Position numbers and translations under genes: made by a program | From: an uncultured Phycisphaerales bacterium | Lineage (GTDB): Bacteria > Planctomycetota > Phycisphaerae > Tepidisphaerales > Tepidisphaeraceae | DNA length: 64,000 nt | NCBI GenBank assembly: GCA_963758525.1 | Contig: CAVWVQ010000005.1 | Location: 298,471 to 362,470, forward strand | Direction of reading: 5' to 3' | Part shown: piece by piece, positions 23,098 to 33,679 of the stretch | How the letters are laid out: every line of letters starts with the position of its first letter | How positions within the stretch are numbered: position 1 is the stretch's first letter | The notes under the pieces: generated by a model | Told to the model about the DNA's origin: nothing | Databases searched by the model: none | Seen by the model: only the letters and a program-made list of their open reading frames with translations

Positions 23098-23347
23098 GGT
23101 TCACCTCGTTTGTTGTATCTTTGAGAATCGCCGACGGTAGGCTACCGTGGGATACACCCGCGCACCAATATAATTCTGCATTGTCGAACCCGGCTGCTGT
23201 CTTCGGAACAAACTCGGTAAAGGCTTGCGTGCAGACGATCATGCCCGGGTCAAACACAGCGGTGGGTTACCGATGAGAGGCCGTTGTCGATAGGGAGCAA
23301 CCGGTCGCGGAGCGGCCACTGTCCGAATCCGACAGCCCGCCGATCGC

Positions 23348-24060
23348 TCATCCTTCTTTCCGCGCCGAATCCGGTTGCGGCAGGTCTTTGAGCGTGTTGA
23401 GACCAAAGAGCTCGAGGAATCGCTTCGTCGTCCCGTAGAGAATCGGCCTTCCAGGCTCTTCCGCGCGGCCGGCGATTTTCACCAGGTGCTTTTCCATCAG
23501 GCTGCGGATCGTCTCGCCGCAGGCGACGCCGCGAATCGCCTCCACGTCGGCGCGGAGGATCGGTTGCTTGTAGGCGATGATTGCCAGTGTTTCCAATGCG
23601 GCTTTCGTCAGCTTGGCGTCAATTTCCTTCTGATGGAGCTTTTTGAGAAACTCGCCGAATTCCGGGAGCGTGAGGAGCTGGAATCCCCCGGCTACCTGTT
23701 CGATTCGGAACGACCGCATCGTCGTTTCGTATTGCGCGTTGAGTTCCTTGATTGCCGTGCGCACTGCCTTGGTGCCAGAGACTCCCAGCAACTCCGCGAG
23801 CCGGCCGGCCGTGAGTGGGTGATGCGTGCTCAGCAGCAGGGCCTCGAGGCGCCGGAATTGGCCGGCTCCGCGGCCGGTTCGTCGGCAGGATCCGCCTGCT
23901 CGACGGCTCCGTCGGGCTGCTCGGATGATGACGCCCTCGATTGCTCGGGTTCCAGCAATTCTCCCTCGCTGTCCACTGGCGGTGCGCTCTCTTCCATGAC
24001 TTGCAAACCATCTTCCGGAAATTCATCCCGCACTAATCGCATCGTCGTTTCTCCGATCAT
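23348..24060 (-). CDS. scpB: SMC-Scp complex subunit ScpB with acidic N-terminal extension; apparent indel near 23857
   Basis: RRLEALLL..PLTAGRL; VAGGFQLLT; LTKAALETLAIIAYKQPILRADVEAIRGV; GRPILYGTTKRFLELFGL. Confidence 0.9.
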
Positions 24061-24163
24061 GTCGCATCGACATTATCGGTCCACGACAAGCAGGACGTGC
24101 AGGAATTCACCGACCATGGTGGCGAAAGCGATCCGCGGAGTCAAACGGAACGGGGAAAGGATC

Positions 24164-24433
24164 GGAGGGACGAAGGGACAAAGGGACGGAGGGACAAAGG
24201 GACAAAGGGACGAGGGACAAAGGGACGGAGGGACAAAGGGACAAAGGGACAAAGGGATACAAAGGGACAAAGGGACAAAGGGACAAAGGGGCGGAGGGAC
24301 AAAGGGACGAAGGGACAAAGGGACAAAGGAACAAAGGGACAAAGGGACGAAGGGACGAAGGGACAAAGGGACAAAGGGGTGGAGGGACAAAAGGGACGAA
24401 GGGATTTAGGGACGAAGGGACAAAGGGACGGAG
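24164..24433. repeat. Tandem 8-bp repeat array (GGGACAAA / GGGACGAA / GGGACGGA), roughly 30 units
   Basis: Directly visible, intergenic, upstream of scpB. Confidence 0.95.
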
Positions 24434-24641
24434 CACTAGGGTTTCACGACAGAATCGATCCCGCGCCGAAGGGCGCATGGGGCGAGAATCAGAACGTGAC
24501 GCGGGGCAATACCGTGGGAAGCATTCGGGTAGCCGCCGCCGGGAACTCGCCGCAGGGCCGGGCGTGGCTTGCCCTTCGCGGAGCGAAAAAGCACTACAAC
24601 AGAAGTAGAACGAATGAAGTCCCCACAGCGCACCCGCACGC

Positions 24642-24866
24642 TCACGCCGCAACTGCTTCATCATTCAGCGACGGAAACTTCCGGCACTGCAGGCACAGCG
24701 CCAGAAAGATGTGACGCACGCGGTCCAGCGGCAGCGTTTCCAAAAAGCCCGGCGTGAAATCGACCGGAAAACTCGATGGGAATTCCTCGAAGTGCCGCAT
24801 CAGCGCCGGGCGATCCAACGCCGACACGAGACAGATCAATTCTTCGAGTTGTTCCGCTTGTAACAT
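24642..24866 (-). CDS. Small hypothetical protein
   Basis: MLQAEQLEELICLVSALDR...; GAGAGG RBS 6 nt before the ATG; protein-like composition. Confidence 0.6.
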   Translation of the reverse strand: MLQAEQLEELICLVSALDRPALMRHFEEFPSSFPVDFTPGFLETLPLDRVRHIFLALCLQCRKFPSLNDEAVAA

Positions 24867-24925
24867 CGCGTGCCTCTCGATCTCTGAATATACCATGACG
24901 TGCGGGTCGCGAAACCGGCAGCGCC

Positions 24926-25375
24926 TCAAATAAAGCAGTCCAGCACCGTCCCTTTAGCACAGATATCGGGTCTGTATCGGATGATCTTAATCTTCGCCGG
25001 CGAGCGCGACGGCTGATTCCACGGCAGCGACTTCCACGGCGGAGCCAGCGGAGAACAAAGCTCGTCAGCCACCTTTTGCACGATCACCTCGACCACCACT
25101 GGCATCGAAGCAGCAGCGGGGGAAGCAAGGGCGCACCGGTGATGTGAATACAGCGCGGGCGCCGCGGCGCGTTCAACGGCGTTTCTGATAACGACATCGT
25201 CGCGGTAGACGCGCGCGGGCTCAGCCGGCAGCGCATGCGTGACGATCGGCAGGGGGGACTTCTTATCCTGCCCGCTCTGGATGTCGGCCGTGCGAATCGC
25301 GCCCAGAACCGATTCGACCAGCTTCAGGTCGAGTTCGGCGGCGAGAAATCCGGCTGCTGTTGCGAAACTGCTCAC
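24926..25375 (-). CDS. Hypothetical protein
   Basis: 149-codon ORF filling the gap between the small gene and divergent queA; no recognised motif. Confidence 0.45.
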   Translation of the reverse strand: MSSFATAAGFLAAELDLKLVESVLGAIRTADIQSGQDKKSPLPIVTHALPAEPARVYRDDVVIRNAVERAAAPALYSHHRCALASPAAASMPVVVEVIVQKVADELCSPLAPPWKSLPWNQPSRSPAKIKIIRYRPDICAKGTVLDCFI

Positions 25376-25579
25376 ACCTAATATGGAGCAAACGCAACGC
25401 TCGCCTCAGCAACGCAAACCACCCGCATCCCGACTTAAGCGGGAATCACCGAGCAAAATAAATATCTGTGGCTCGCGCAAGGCCGACATGACATTGTTCT
25501 GTTTATGCCGGATGATGCCTGCACGCCACATCCACGGTTGAGAAAACGAAGAGAGGACGCGAATGTGGCTCCGATCGCC

Positions 25580-26617
25580 ATGCGCACCGATGAACTCGAT
25601 TTTGATCTTCCCGAAGAACTGATCGCGCAGAGTCCGCCGGCCGAGCGTGGCGCATCGCGGCTGATGCACTACCGCCGGACCGACGGACTGCTGGCACATC
25701 AAGTTTTCCCGGACCTGCCTAATCTGCTGCGCCCCGGCGATCTCCTGGTCTTCAACGACGCGAAGGTGCTTCCCGCGCGCTTCGCGTTGCGAAAAAGCAC
25801 CGGCGGCCGCGTCGACGGGCTCTTTCTCCTTGAGCGAGAACCGGGACGCTGGCGGGTACTGCTGCGAAATATGGGGTCTGGCGCAGCCAAAGAGCTATCG
25901 ATGATCGGCGCGCCGCACATCCGGGCCCGGGTGATGCGGACGCTGGCGGCAGGGGAGTTCGAACTGGAGCTTTCTTCAACAGAGAGCGCTGAGGTGATTC
26001 TCCAAAACGTCGGACGGATGCCGCTGCCGCCCTATATTCGCAGAGCCAAAGACAGCGACGAGCGTGATCCATCCGATCGGGAGCGATATCAGACGGTGTT
26101 TGCAAAAAACGCCGGCGCCGTCGCCGCCCCGACGGCCGCCCTGCACTTTTCAGAGGCCTTGCTCATCGCACTGGCGTCGCGGGGAATCGAGCGGACGTTC
26201 GTCACGCTCCACGTCGGAATGGGAACCTTCAAGCCGGTCACGGCCGACACGCTTGAGTCTCACGCGATGCACGTCGAACGATACGAAATCAGCGAGGAAG
26301 CCGCCGCCGCGCTCAACCGCGCCAAAGCCCAGGGCCGCCGAATCGTCGCGGTGGGAACGACGTCGGCCCGCGTGCTGGAGAGTCAGCCCGAAGCGGTCTT
26401 TTCAGCGCGCGAAGATGAGACCCGACTGCTGATCTATCCCCCGTACCAGTGGAAGCACATTTCCGTGCTGCTGACCAATTTTCACCTGCCCCGCAGTACG
26501 CTGATCGCGCTGGTTGCGGCCTTCGTTGGGCTGGAAGTTCAGCGGAAGCTCTATCAAGCCGCGCTGGAGCAGAAGTACAAATTCTTTAGTTACGGTGACG
26601 CCATGCTGCTTGAGTAG
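25580..26617 (+). CDS. queA: S-adenosylmethionine:tRNA ribosyltransferase-isomerase
   Basis: DFDLPEELIAQ, VFNDAKVLPAR, PLPPYI, YQTVFA, AAPTA, TLHVG, VGTTS, TNFHLPRSTL, FFSYGDAM. Confidence 0.96.
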   Translation: MRTDELDFDLPEELIAQSPPAERGASRLMHYRRTDGLLAHQVFPDLPNLLRPGDLLVFNDAKVLPARFALRKSTGGRVDGLFLLEREPGRWRVLLRNMGSGAAKELSMIGAPHIRARVMRTLAAGEFELELSSTESAEVILQNVGRMPLPPYIRRAKDSDERDPSDRERYQTVFAKNAGAVAAPTAALHFSEALLIALASRGIERTFVTLHVGMGTFKPVTADTLESHAMHVERYEISEEAAAALNRAKAQGRRIVAVGTTSARVLESQPEAVFSAREDETRLLIYPPYQWKHISVLLTNFHLPRSTLIALVAAFVGLEVQRKLYQAALEQKYKFFSYGDAMLLE

Positions 26618-26805
26618 CGTGCATTACGCGCGAATTTCGCTTCCGTCGCGGTCGGGCGTATCGGGCTGCGCCTCGGCGCGCGCGTTCCGACGGAGGATCC
26701 GTCGGCTTTGGGACAACTTTGTCTCCCGGCTCCTTGCTCCTGGCTTCTTGCTTCTCCCGGCGATTCCCGCGCACTTTACCGGTCATGTCTTGTTGCGTCG
26801 CAGTC

Positions 26806-27939
26806 CTACCTGGGCACCGGGATTTTCTCCAGCGATTCCTCAACGATCTGCTCGGTGCGCTGGCCGCCGTACTTGGCTTTGGTTTCGAGGACGACGCGAT
26901 GCGACAGGACCGGCGGGGCGATGGCGCGCACGTCGTCTGGGGTGACGAAGTCGCGGCCTTGCAGGAGAGCGCTGGCCTGGGAGGTTCGATACAGCGCCAG
27001 CGATCCGCGGGGAGAGACGCCGAGCCGGAGGCGCGGATCGGTCCGGGTCCAGGAAGTGAGGCGGACGATGTAGTCGGCGATCGCGGGATCGACGCGCACC
27101 TGCTTCACGCGTTCCTGCATTGCAATCACGTCGTCGCACGTGGCGACGGTTTTGAGATCGTCGAAAGGGTGATGCTCCCGCTGGCTGAACAAGACCTGCA
27201 TCTCGCTTTCATGATCGGGGTAGCCGAGCGTGACGCGCAGGGCAAACCGATCGAGCTGTGCTTCAGGGAGCGGATAGGTTCCGTGATATTCGGAAGGGTT
27301 TTGCGTGGCGATGACGAAGAACGGATGCGGGAGGTCACGGCGCTTGCCATCGACGGTCACCTGCGCTTCACTCATGACCTCGAGCAGCGCGGATTGCGTG
27401 CGGGGGCTGGTCCGGTTGATCTCGTCGGCGAGGAGAATGTTGGTGAAGACAGGGCCTTCACGGAATTCGAAGGAGCCGTCCTGGGGCTTGTAGAAGCTGC
27501 TGCCGGTGATGTCGGCGGGGAGCAGATCGGGGGTGAATTGCACGCGGCGGAAGATGCCGCTGATCGAACGCGCCAGCGATTTGGCGAGCGTGGTTTTGCC
27601 GGTCCCGGGAACGTCTTCCAGCAGCGCGTGGCCGCCGGCGAGCATGGCGATCAGCAGCAGGCGAATGCTTTGAGGCTTGCCACGGATCACGCTGGAGAGA
27701 TTCGCTTCAAGCCTTTGCAAATGGGCAAGAACCGTCGCGAGCGGTGTGGTATCGGACCTGAGATCTGAAATTTCAGATTTGGAGTTGAAGATTTCAGATT
27801 TGAGAGGAGCAGAGCCTGGGATTTCAGACTTGAGATGTTGCGGATTTGAGATTGGAGATTTGAGATCCTGAGACTTTGCAATCTCAGATTTGAAATTGGG
27901 AATCTCTGCGGCGGCACCTGCATGTGAGTCGCGATTCAT
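26806..27939 (-). CDS. moxR: MoxR-family AAA+ ATPase with repeat-derived N-terminal extension
   Basis: EDVPGTGKT Walker A, RVQFTPDLLPADITG, LADEINR, ATQNP, YPLPEAQLDRF, SPRG. Confidence 0.92.
   Translation of the reverse strand: MNRDSHAGAAAEIPNFKSEIAKSQDLKSPISNPQHLKSEIPGSAPLKSEIFNSKSEISDLRSDTTPLATVLAHLQRLEANLSSVIRGKPQSIRLLLIAMLAGGHALLEDVPGTGKTTLAKSLARSISGIFRRVQFTPDLLPADITGSSFYKPQDGSFEFREGPVFTNILLADEINRTSPRTQSALLEVMSEAQVTVDGKRRDLPHPFFVIATQNPSEYHGTYPLPEAQLDRFALRVTLGYPDHESEMQVLFSQREHHPFDDLKTVATCDDVIAMQERVKQVRVDPAIADYIVRLTSWTRTDPRLRLGVSPRGSLALYRTSQASALLQGRDFVTPDDVRAIAPPVLSHRVVLETKAKYGGQRTEQIVEESLEKIPVPR
27757..27905. repeat. Degenerate 7-bp tandem repeats (ATTTGAG/ATTTCAG) inside the moxR 5' region
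   Basis: Visible gagatctgaaatttcagatttggag...gatttgagattggagatttgag; encodes repeated LKSEI-like peptides. Confidence 0.8.
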
Positions 27940-29874
27940 GGGTTGGGATTCCTCGGTTCCTGTTCGATCTGGTCGAGTAATTCGTTGAGGCGATGCGGGT
28001 CGCCGGCAGCGCCAAACCTCAGCGTGTTGTAGGTGCTGATGAATTCATGATAGGCTGCGGGGGCCGTCGCCAGCGATTCGCGCCACGTGCGATGGGGCGC
28101 AAGATTGTGGCCGCGCTGCTGCGCGGCTCTCTCGAAGCGGCGCGCCGCGGCGGCGAGCTCCGCCGGGGGAGGCGGATACTGGAGCGCCCGCGGGCGGAGA
28201 AGTTTTGGCCGGTTGCGCAGGTAGCGGATGAGCGAAACGAGCGATGCGATCGCGACCGCGATTGCCGCCGCAAGAATCATCGTGCTGCGATTGGCTCTTG
28301 CGGAGAGTCGTTTGAAGAGCCGGGGCAAATCGGTGATCGAGTCCCAGCACCGTCTCCACGCGGAGGTCCGGGGATACAGTGCGTCGGGAGTGCCGGCCGA
28401 TGGCGTGGCGTCCACGGTCACCCAGCCGGTTCCGTCGATCCAGCATTCGGCCCAGGCGTGGGCGTCGCGGCCGCGCACGATCGTCTGGTTTCCTTCCCGT
28501 TCATGCGCGTAATAGCCGCTGACGAACCGGGCGGGGATGCCGATGGAGCGCGCCATGATGACCATCGCGGAAGCGAAATACTCGCAGTGGGCGGCACGGT
28601 GATTCAGGACGAAATCGCTGATCGGCTCTCCCTGCGGGGTGAACGACAGGCTGTAGCCATGATGCTCGCGCAATTCGTCGGCGAGGCGCGACAACTGTTC
28701 CGCCGGGCTCCCTGTCCCAGATACCTTGCGGGCGAGCTTGCCGACACCCGGGTCCAAATCTGGCGGAATGGCAAGCAGGGTGGCGCGCTCGCTCACATCA
28801 GGCGCGACGCAGAGCGCGCCTTGATAGGCGTTTTGCGGCGCCGAGATGATCTGGTAGGTGAAGTCCGCGACCGGATCGTGCAGTTGGAGTTCGCCCTCGT
28901 CTCCGCGATCCACCGGAGCATCGCAGACGATTCCGGCCGAATTCAGCGGTGCCAATAGCAAGCCGAATGTGTCGGCAAGCACCCTGACATCCAGACGCGG
29001 ACCTGTCTTTCCAGCGCCCACGTCGCCGGGATCGATCGGCGTGAAAACGCGCTCGTGCATCAACGGCCGCCAGAGATGCCCCTCATAGCGATCAAATGCC
29101 ATCGCGCAGATGCGGATCAGAGAGCGACCCGTCGACGACCACCACGCGCTCCAGCGAGGCCTTTGGATTGAAAACCGCGCCCAGGTACGCGGTGTCGGAA
29201 AGACCGATCTCGTCCCGCTGCTGCGTGCGATTGAAGATCCGCATGGCCAATCTCGTGATGCGGTAGTCATATCGATTGATCGTCTCAACCGCGCCGTACC
29301 CGAAGGACAGCGCAAGCAGTCCAAACAATACGCGCAGCATGACCAGCCGGGCGATGTGCCGCGGCGGCTTGGCGGGGTTCCCGAAGCGGCGCAGCGAAAT
29401 CAGCAGCATCGCCGCATAGACGGGAACGAACTGACTGACCTGGCGATGTTTGTATGTGTTGGACCCCGCCGCCACGATCAGTGCGGTGAGCAGAATCGCG
29501 ACGCCCGCGGCCTCGGGCGGCTTCGACCAGTCGCGCCAGCGCCACGCCTGCACCACCATTTCCGCGGCCAGCAGATATCCGGCGAGGCGCGTGTACTCCG
29601 GCTTGAAATACCAGAAATCGGCAGACTCCCGCGGAATGCCGACGATCAGGATGATCGCCCCAAACAGCAGCGTGCGCAGGGCGTAGCCGTAAAATCGCCC
29701 CGCGGGGAGACGCCAATCGGTCGCATAGGTGAACAACAGCAGCGCGGCCAGAATCGGCAGCCCGGGGAAGTGCCCCCCGGTGACGTACAACATCGCAAAA
29801 GCCGTCAGCGCAGCCCCGGTGATGGAAAGGGGGACGGAACGGGCGCGGGGTTGTTCCTCTGGCGCGTCGGTCAC
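27936..29874 (-). CDS. Membrane-anchored transglutaminase-like protein (TgpA/DUF3488 type); apparent 2-nt deletion near 29105
   Basis: N-terminal TM bundle; HCEYFASAM..ARSIGIPARFVSGY, AHAWAE, GWVTVDATP catalytic triad; restoring CG gives HLRAMAFDRYEG. Confidence 0.85.
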
Positions 29875-31178
29875 AGGACGCTGACTCCTCGCTCAAATTG
29901 CTCGCGGTGAATCACGGGAATGTTCCCCAGCGCGTCATCGTCCGCCAGGGGATCCAGCGAGCAGGGTTCGTCGCGGACGACGACCACCTTGATGGCAATT
30001 CCCCCCGCCCGCAATCGCAGCACGAAATCACGGCGCGTGGTGTTCCAATCCAGAAAGACGCAAATCACCGTGGACAGGCGCGCAAGCAACTCCGCGATTC
30101 GCGGCTCGATCGCATCAAAGGGTTCGGCCGGGTTCTCGCCCACGCAGGCGAGGATGTCCAGAATCTGATCGAGATACGCAAGGCTCCGCCCGGCAGTAAG
30201 ATGATATAGATCGGGACCGGCGGCAAACAGATCGACCAGGTAATCCTGGCGGGCCATGTAATCGCTGACGGCGGCGGCAATCGACACCGCTCGCTCGAAA
30301 TCATCGCGCCGGCGCTGCGCTCGCTTGCCGCGCAGCGAGGCTGGAACGTGCGTGTCGAGGATGACTGCTGCCCGGAGCATGTATTCCTCAACCCACTCGC
30401 GCACGATCGGGCGAGTCGCCCGGGCCGTGGCGCGCCAGTCAATGTCACGGGGATTGTCTCCCTCGCGGTAATCCCGATTGCCCAGATATTCAAACGACTC
30501 GCCAAGGTGCGACGTCATGGCAACGCCGCCCGGCTGATAACGCCGCGCCGTCGGCAGCACGAGTCGCGCCAGCGGGTGAAACGCCGGATAGACCAGCAGC
30601 GCGTGGGGCCGCGAGAAACTTTGCCGTGCGCGCAGGAGCCCGAACGGGAAACCGCTTTCCACGCGGAATCCGCGCAGGGTATAGGCGCCACGCTGTGTGC
30701 AGCGCAGCCTTACGCGGATTGGCGCACTCTCTCCGCGGCGCAGATCGGGCAGCGGAACGCCTTCGGGAGGAATCGAATCGATGTCCTGCGGCAGCCGATG
30801 CGGGAGGAGCATCAGGTCAGCGCCGGTGAGAAAGCCGCGCTGCTCGATTCGTACGTCGGCAATGAGCGTCTCGCCGGCACAGACGCGGGCGGGCAGGTGG
30901 CTTGTGAGCCTGGTGCGCGGCCGATAGACCAGCATCGTGGCGGTGGCTGCCATCCAGATGGCGAGGATATAAATTGCGGTCACGTATGCCTGGAGCTGTA
31001 GTGACGCGCCGCCGTAGATGATGAAGACGAAGCTGATGAGGACAAACCATCGCCCGGCGGGCGTGAATCTCTGGGTGTAGATGCGCCACAGCCAGCGCGA
31101 GATTCCGCCGCGAAGCAGGAGGTAGTCGCCGATGTCTTTGGTTGGCGCCAGCGGTGGCCAGCGCGCAGGCCGGGGCAT
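29871..31178 (-). CDS. DUF58 domain protein
   Basis: FPFGL, LLVYP, EYLGNRDYREGD..RDIDWRATAR; canonical partner of MoxR and transglutaminase genes. Confidence 0.88.
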   Translation of the reverse strand: MPRPARWPPLAPTKDIGDYLLLRGGISRWLWRIYTQRFTPAGRWFVLISFVFIIYGGASLQLQAYVTAIYILAIWMAATATMLVYRPRTRLTSHLPARVCAGETLIADVRIEQRGFLTGADLMLLPHRLPQDIDSIPPEGVPLPDLRRGESAPIRVRLRCTQRGAYTLRGFRVESGFPFGLLRARQSFSRPHALLVYPAFHPLARLVLPTARRYQPGGVAMTSHLGESFEYLGNRDYREGDNPRDIDWRATARATRPIVREWVEEYMLRAAVILDTHVPASLRGKRAQRRRDDFERAVSIAAAVSDYMARQDYLVDLFAAGPDLYHLTAGRSLAYLDQILDILACVGENPAEPFDAIEPRIAELLARLSTVICVFLDWNTTRRDFVLRLRAGGIAIKVVVVRDEPCSLDPLADDDALGNIPVIHREQFERGVSVL

Positions 31179-31293
31179 TCAGGGGATTATTCCAGATTTG
31201 CCGGGAAATGCGCCATCGCGGGCTCCGGCCCGAAGCCGCGCGGGCTTGGGTTCGTACGCACCGATCGTTGCCGAAGGTCCCGCCGCCCGCTCG

Positions 31294-31583
31294 GAAACCC
31301 GAATGACGAAACCCGAAACCAGAATCAAACCCGAAGCTCGAATGACGAATGACGAATGAGCGAAACGGTTCGTCTGCGGGGCTCACTTCAACAATGGTGT
31401 CGGCAGGCAGATTCGGGCGCAGCGAGATCGCCTCTACGTCCGGGGATCGCCGGCAGCCCGCCGAGAGCGGTGCACGACGCGCAAAATCGACGCTCAACGA
31501 CCGCGACGCTCATCCGCGGTTTCGTCATTCGGACTTCGTCATTCGGACTTGATTCTGGTTTCTGGTTTCGTCATTCGGATTTC
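31294..31583. repeat. Inverted-repeat element built from CGAATGA heptamers (MITE-like)
   Basis: 31294-31328 matches the reverse complement of 31549-31583 at 33 of 35 positions; ~145-bp unique spacer. Confidence 0.8.
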
Positions 31584-31617
31584 AGCGGCGCGCACCTCGT
31601 TATTCACGACGGACGGC

Positions 31618-33399
31618 TCACTGCCCCACTCCCAGTTCCGTAACGGTTCCCGTGGCAACCGCATTGTCCAGTGTTGCGTTGACCGGATTCGAGAGCGTCA
31701 ACGTGAAATCCAGGATGGTCGTGATCGTGGCATTGCCGAAAATCGGGATGCTGACGAGCTTGTTCGTCTGACCCGGATCGAAGGTGACCGTTCCGGTCTG
31801 GGCCGTGTAATCGATGCCGGCGACCGCGGTGTCGTCGGCGGTCGTGTATTGAACAGAGACCGGAAGCGTTGAGGCCGACTCCAGCGATACTGTGAAGTTG
31901 ATCACGCCATTCTGGGCGCTGTGCACCATCGCGCTCGCATCTTCGACGGTGACCAGCGGCACTCCGACGACCTCGGCGAGATTTTGAATCGTTCCGGTCG
32001 CGGTCGCTCGCGCGATGATTCCATTCACCGGGCTGGAGATGTTGACCGCGAAAATCTGGTCGCCAAAGGCGAACGGGTCCGCAAGCACCGGCACGGTGAA
32101 CGCGAGGCTGGTCTGCCCTGGCTGAAACGTGAGCGTTCCGGAGCTGGCGGTGTAATCCGTGCCGGCGGTGGCGTTCTCAAACACGCCCGAATCGGTGCTG
32201 CCGCCATCGGCAGTGTTGTAGGTAAAGGTGACCGGCAATGACGAGGGCGCGTTCAGCGTTGCGAAAAACGTCACCGGTTTCAGCGGAGCAGCATTGGCCT
32301 CATCCACTACCGCGTCATTGATCGTGATCGAAGGGTAGAAAAGGATGGTACCGATCGCGTTGTTGCCGACGATCTGCGCATTGGCCGGTGCGGAGAGAAC
32401 CAGACGGAATTGCCCGTCCGCATTGACATTGCTATCGACGGCCGTGGGAACCGAAATGGTCGCCGTGGTCTGACCGGCGGGGATTGTCAGAATGCCGTTC
32501 GTCTGCGCGAATTGCGCCTCGCTTGCGGTGCCGGGCGTTGTGAAATAATGGACGGAGACATCATTGGCCGACGGAGCAGAGAGCGTCAGATTGAAGACCG
32601 CGTCGGCGCCGCGAACTGCGGTTGCATTCGAGATCGTCAGGTTGGGACGGACGATCCCGCCGGTCACATCATCCGTAATGACAACCCGGGAAAACGTCCC
32701 CGGGGGGACCTGCCCGTTGGTCGCGCCGGTGATGTTGACGTCGAAGACCTTGTCCGGCGATACCATTGCCGTGCCGACGATTTTAATCTTGATGTTGCCG
32801 CCGGTCCTGAATGGGGGGATCACGACATATCCGTTGCCGGGAAAATAGTTGATACCGGGAACGGCGGTGACGCCTTGCGTCAGGTAGTGAACGGTAACGG
32901 GTGAGGCCGTGCGGTTGGTCAGCCCGACGAAGAAGCTGGCGATCGTGACGCGATGCGCTCCGAGCCCGACTTTTACCGTTGCATCAGAAACCGTCACCGT
33001 CGGCGGCGTGCTGCTTTCGATGATGGTGGCGCTGGTCTTCTTGCTGGCAAGATCATTTCCGGGGCCGGCGCTGAGCCTGACGAAAAACGCGCGATCCGGC
33101 TCGGTCACCGTGCTGGAGAGCACGTTCACCGAAAATGTCGCGCTCGTCGCGCCCGCCGGGATCACAACATGCGAGGCGGTCGCGCGATAGTCGAGCCCCG
33201 CCTTCGCGGAACCGTTCAGCGTCGAATACGACAGCTTGATCGGACTGGCAGCGGGGGCGTCGAGCGTGGCGGTGAAGACCGCCTGCGTCGGCGCGATGCC
33301 GGCCACCACTTCAACCGGTGTGACCGTGATCGTGGAAAAGAGCCTGCGGGATTCGAGCAATTCGATGGTGTCGGTCCGTGCACGCAAGGTGTTGTTCAT
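31618..33399 (-). CDS. Secreted Calx-beta repeat protein with planctomycete extracellular motif
   Basis: IELLESRRLFS; about five repeats of type V.Y.T.DGTA.AG.DY...GTLTF.PGQT. Confidence 0.85.
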   Translation of the reverse strand: MNNTLRARTDTIELLESRRLFSTITVTPVEVVAGIAPTQAVFTATLDAPAASPIKLSYSTLNGSAKAGLDYRATASHVVIPAGATSATFSVNVLSSTVTEPDRAFFVRLSAGPGNDLASKKTSATIIESSTPPTVTVSDATVKVGLGAHRVTIASFFVGLTNRTASPVTVHYLTQGVTAVPGINYFPGNGYVVIPPFRTGGNIKIKIVGTAMVSPDKVFDVNITGATNGQVPPGTFSRVVITDDVTGGIVRPNLTISNATAVRGADAVFNLTLSAPSANDVSVHYFTTPGTASEAQFAQTNGILTIPAGQTTATISVPTAVDSNVNADGQFRLVLSAPANAQIVGNNAIGTILFYPSITINDAVVDEANAAPLKPVTFFATLNAPSSLPVTFTYNTADGGSTDSGVFENATAGTDYTASSGTLTFQPGQTSLAFTVPVLADPFAFGDQIFAVNISSPVNGIIARATATGTIQNLAEVVGVPLVTVEDASAMVHSAQNGVINFTVSLESASTLPVSVQYTTADDTAVAGIDYTAQTGTVTFDPGQTNKLVSIPIFGNATITTILDFTLTLSNPVNATLDNAVATGTVTELGVGQ

Positions 33400-33679
33400 G
33401 GGGCGGCATCTCGATGGAAAGCGGCCTGTGGAGCTTTCAGATTCGACGCACCGGTGGAGGTCCATCCGCGATCATCGTTCGTCTAAAGGGCTCCGCCGGG
33501 ACTGGCGGCAATGGTAACTTGCGCGACAAAAGAATTCCATTTTTACCGATTTTCGGGCAGCAGGGGGGAGCAGGGGGGCAGGGGAGGGCCGTTTGGAAGT
33601 CCAGAATATGCTTCGGTATCAGTGCCTTCTGAGTGCCTACGGAGCTTGCTCCGTAGGTTTTGCCTCACTCGGGCTGCTG

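Noticed and set aside
24073..24714. ORFs with GTKGQRDK / LCPFVPLS repeats
   Set aside because: Translations of the 8-bp array, which is stop-free in most frames; no support as genes
33555..33590. G-rich GCAGGGGG tract upstream of the Calx-beta gene
   Set aside because: Only three to four degenerate units; too short to separate from background repeats
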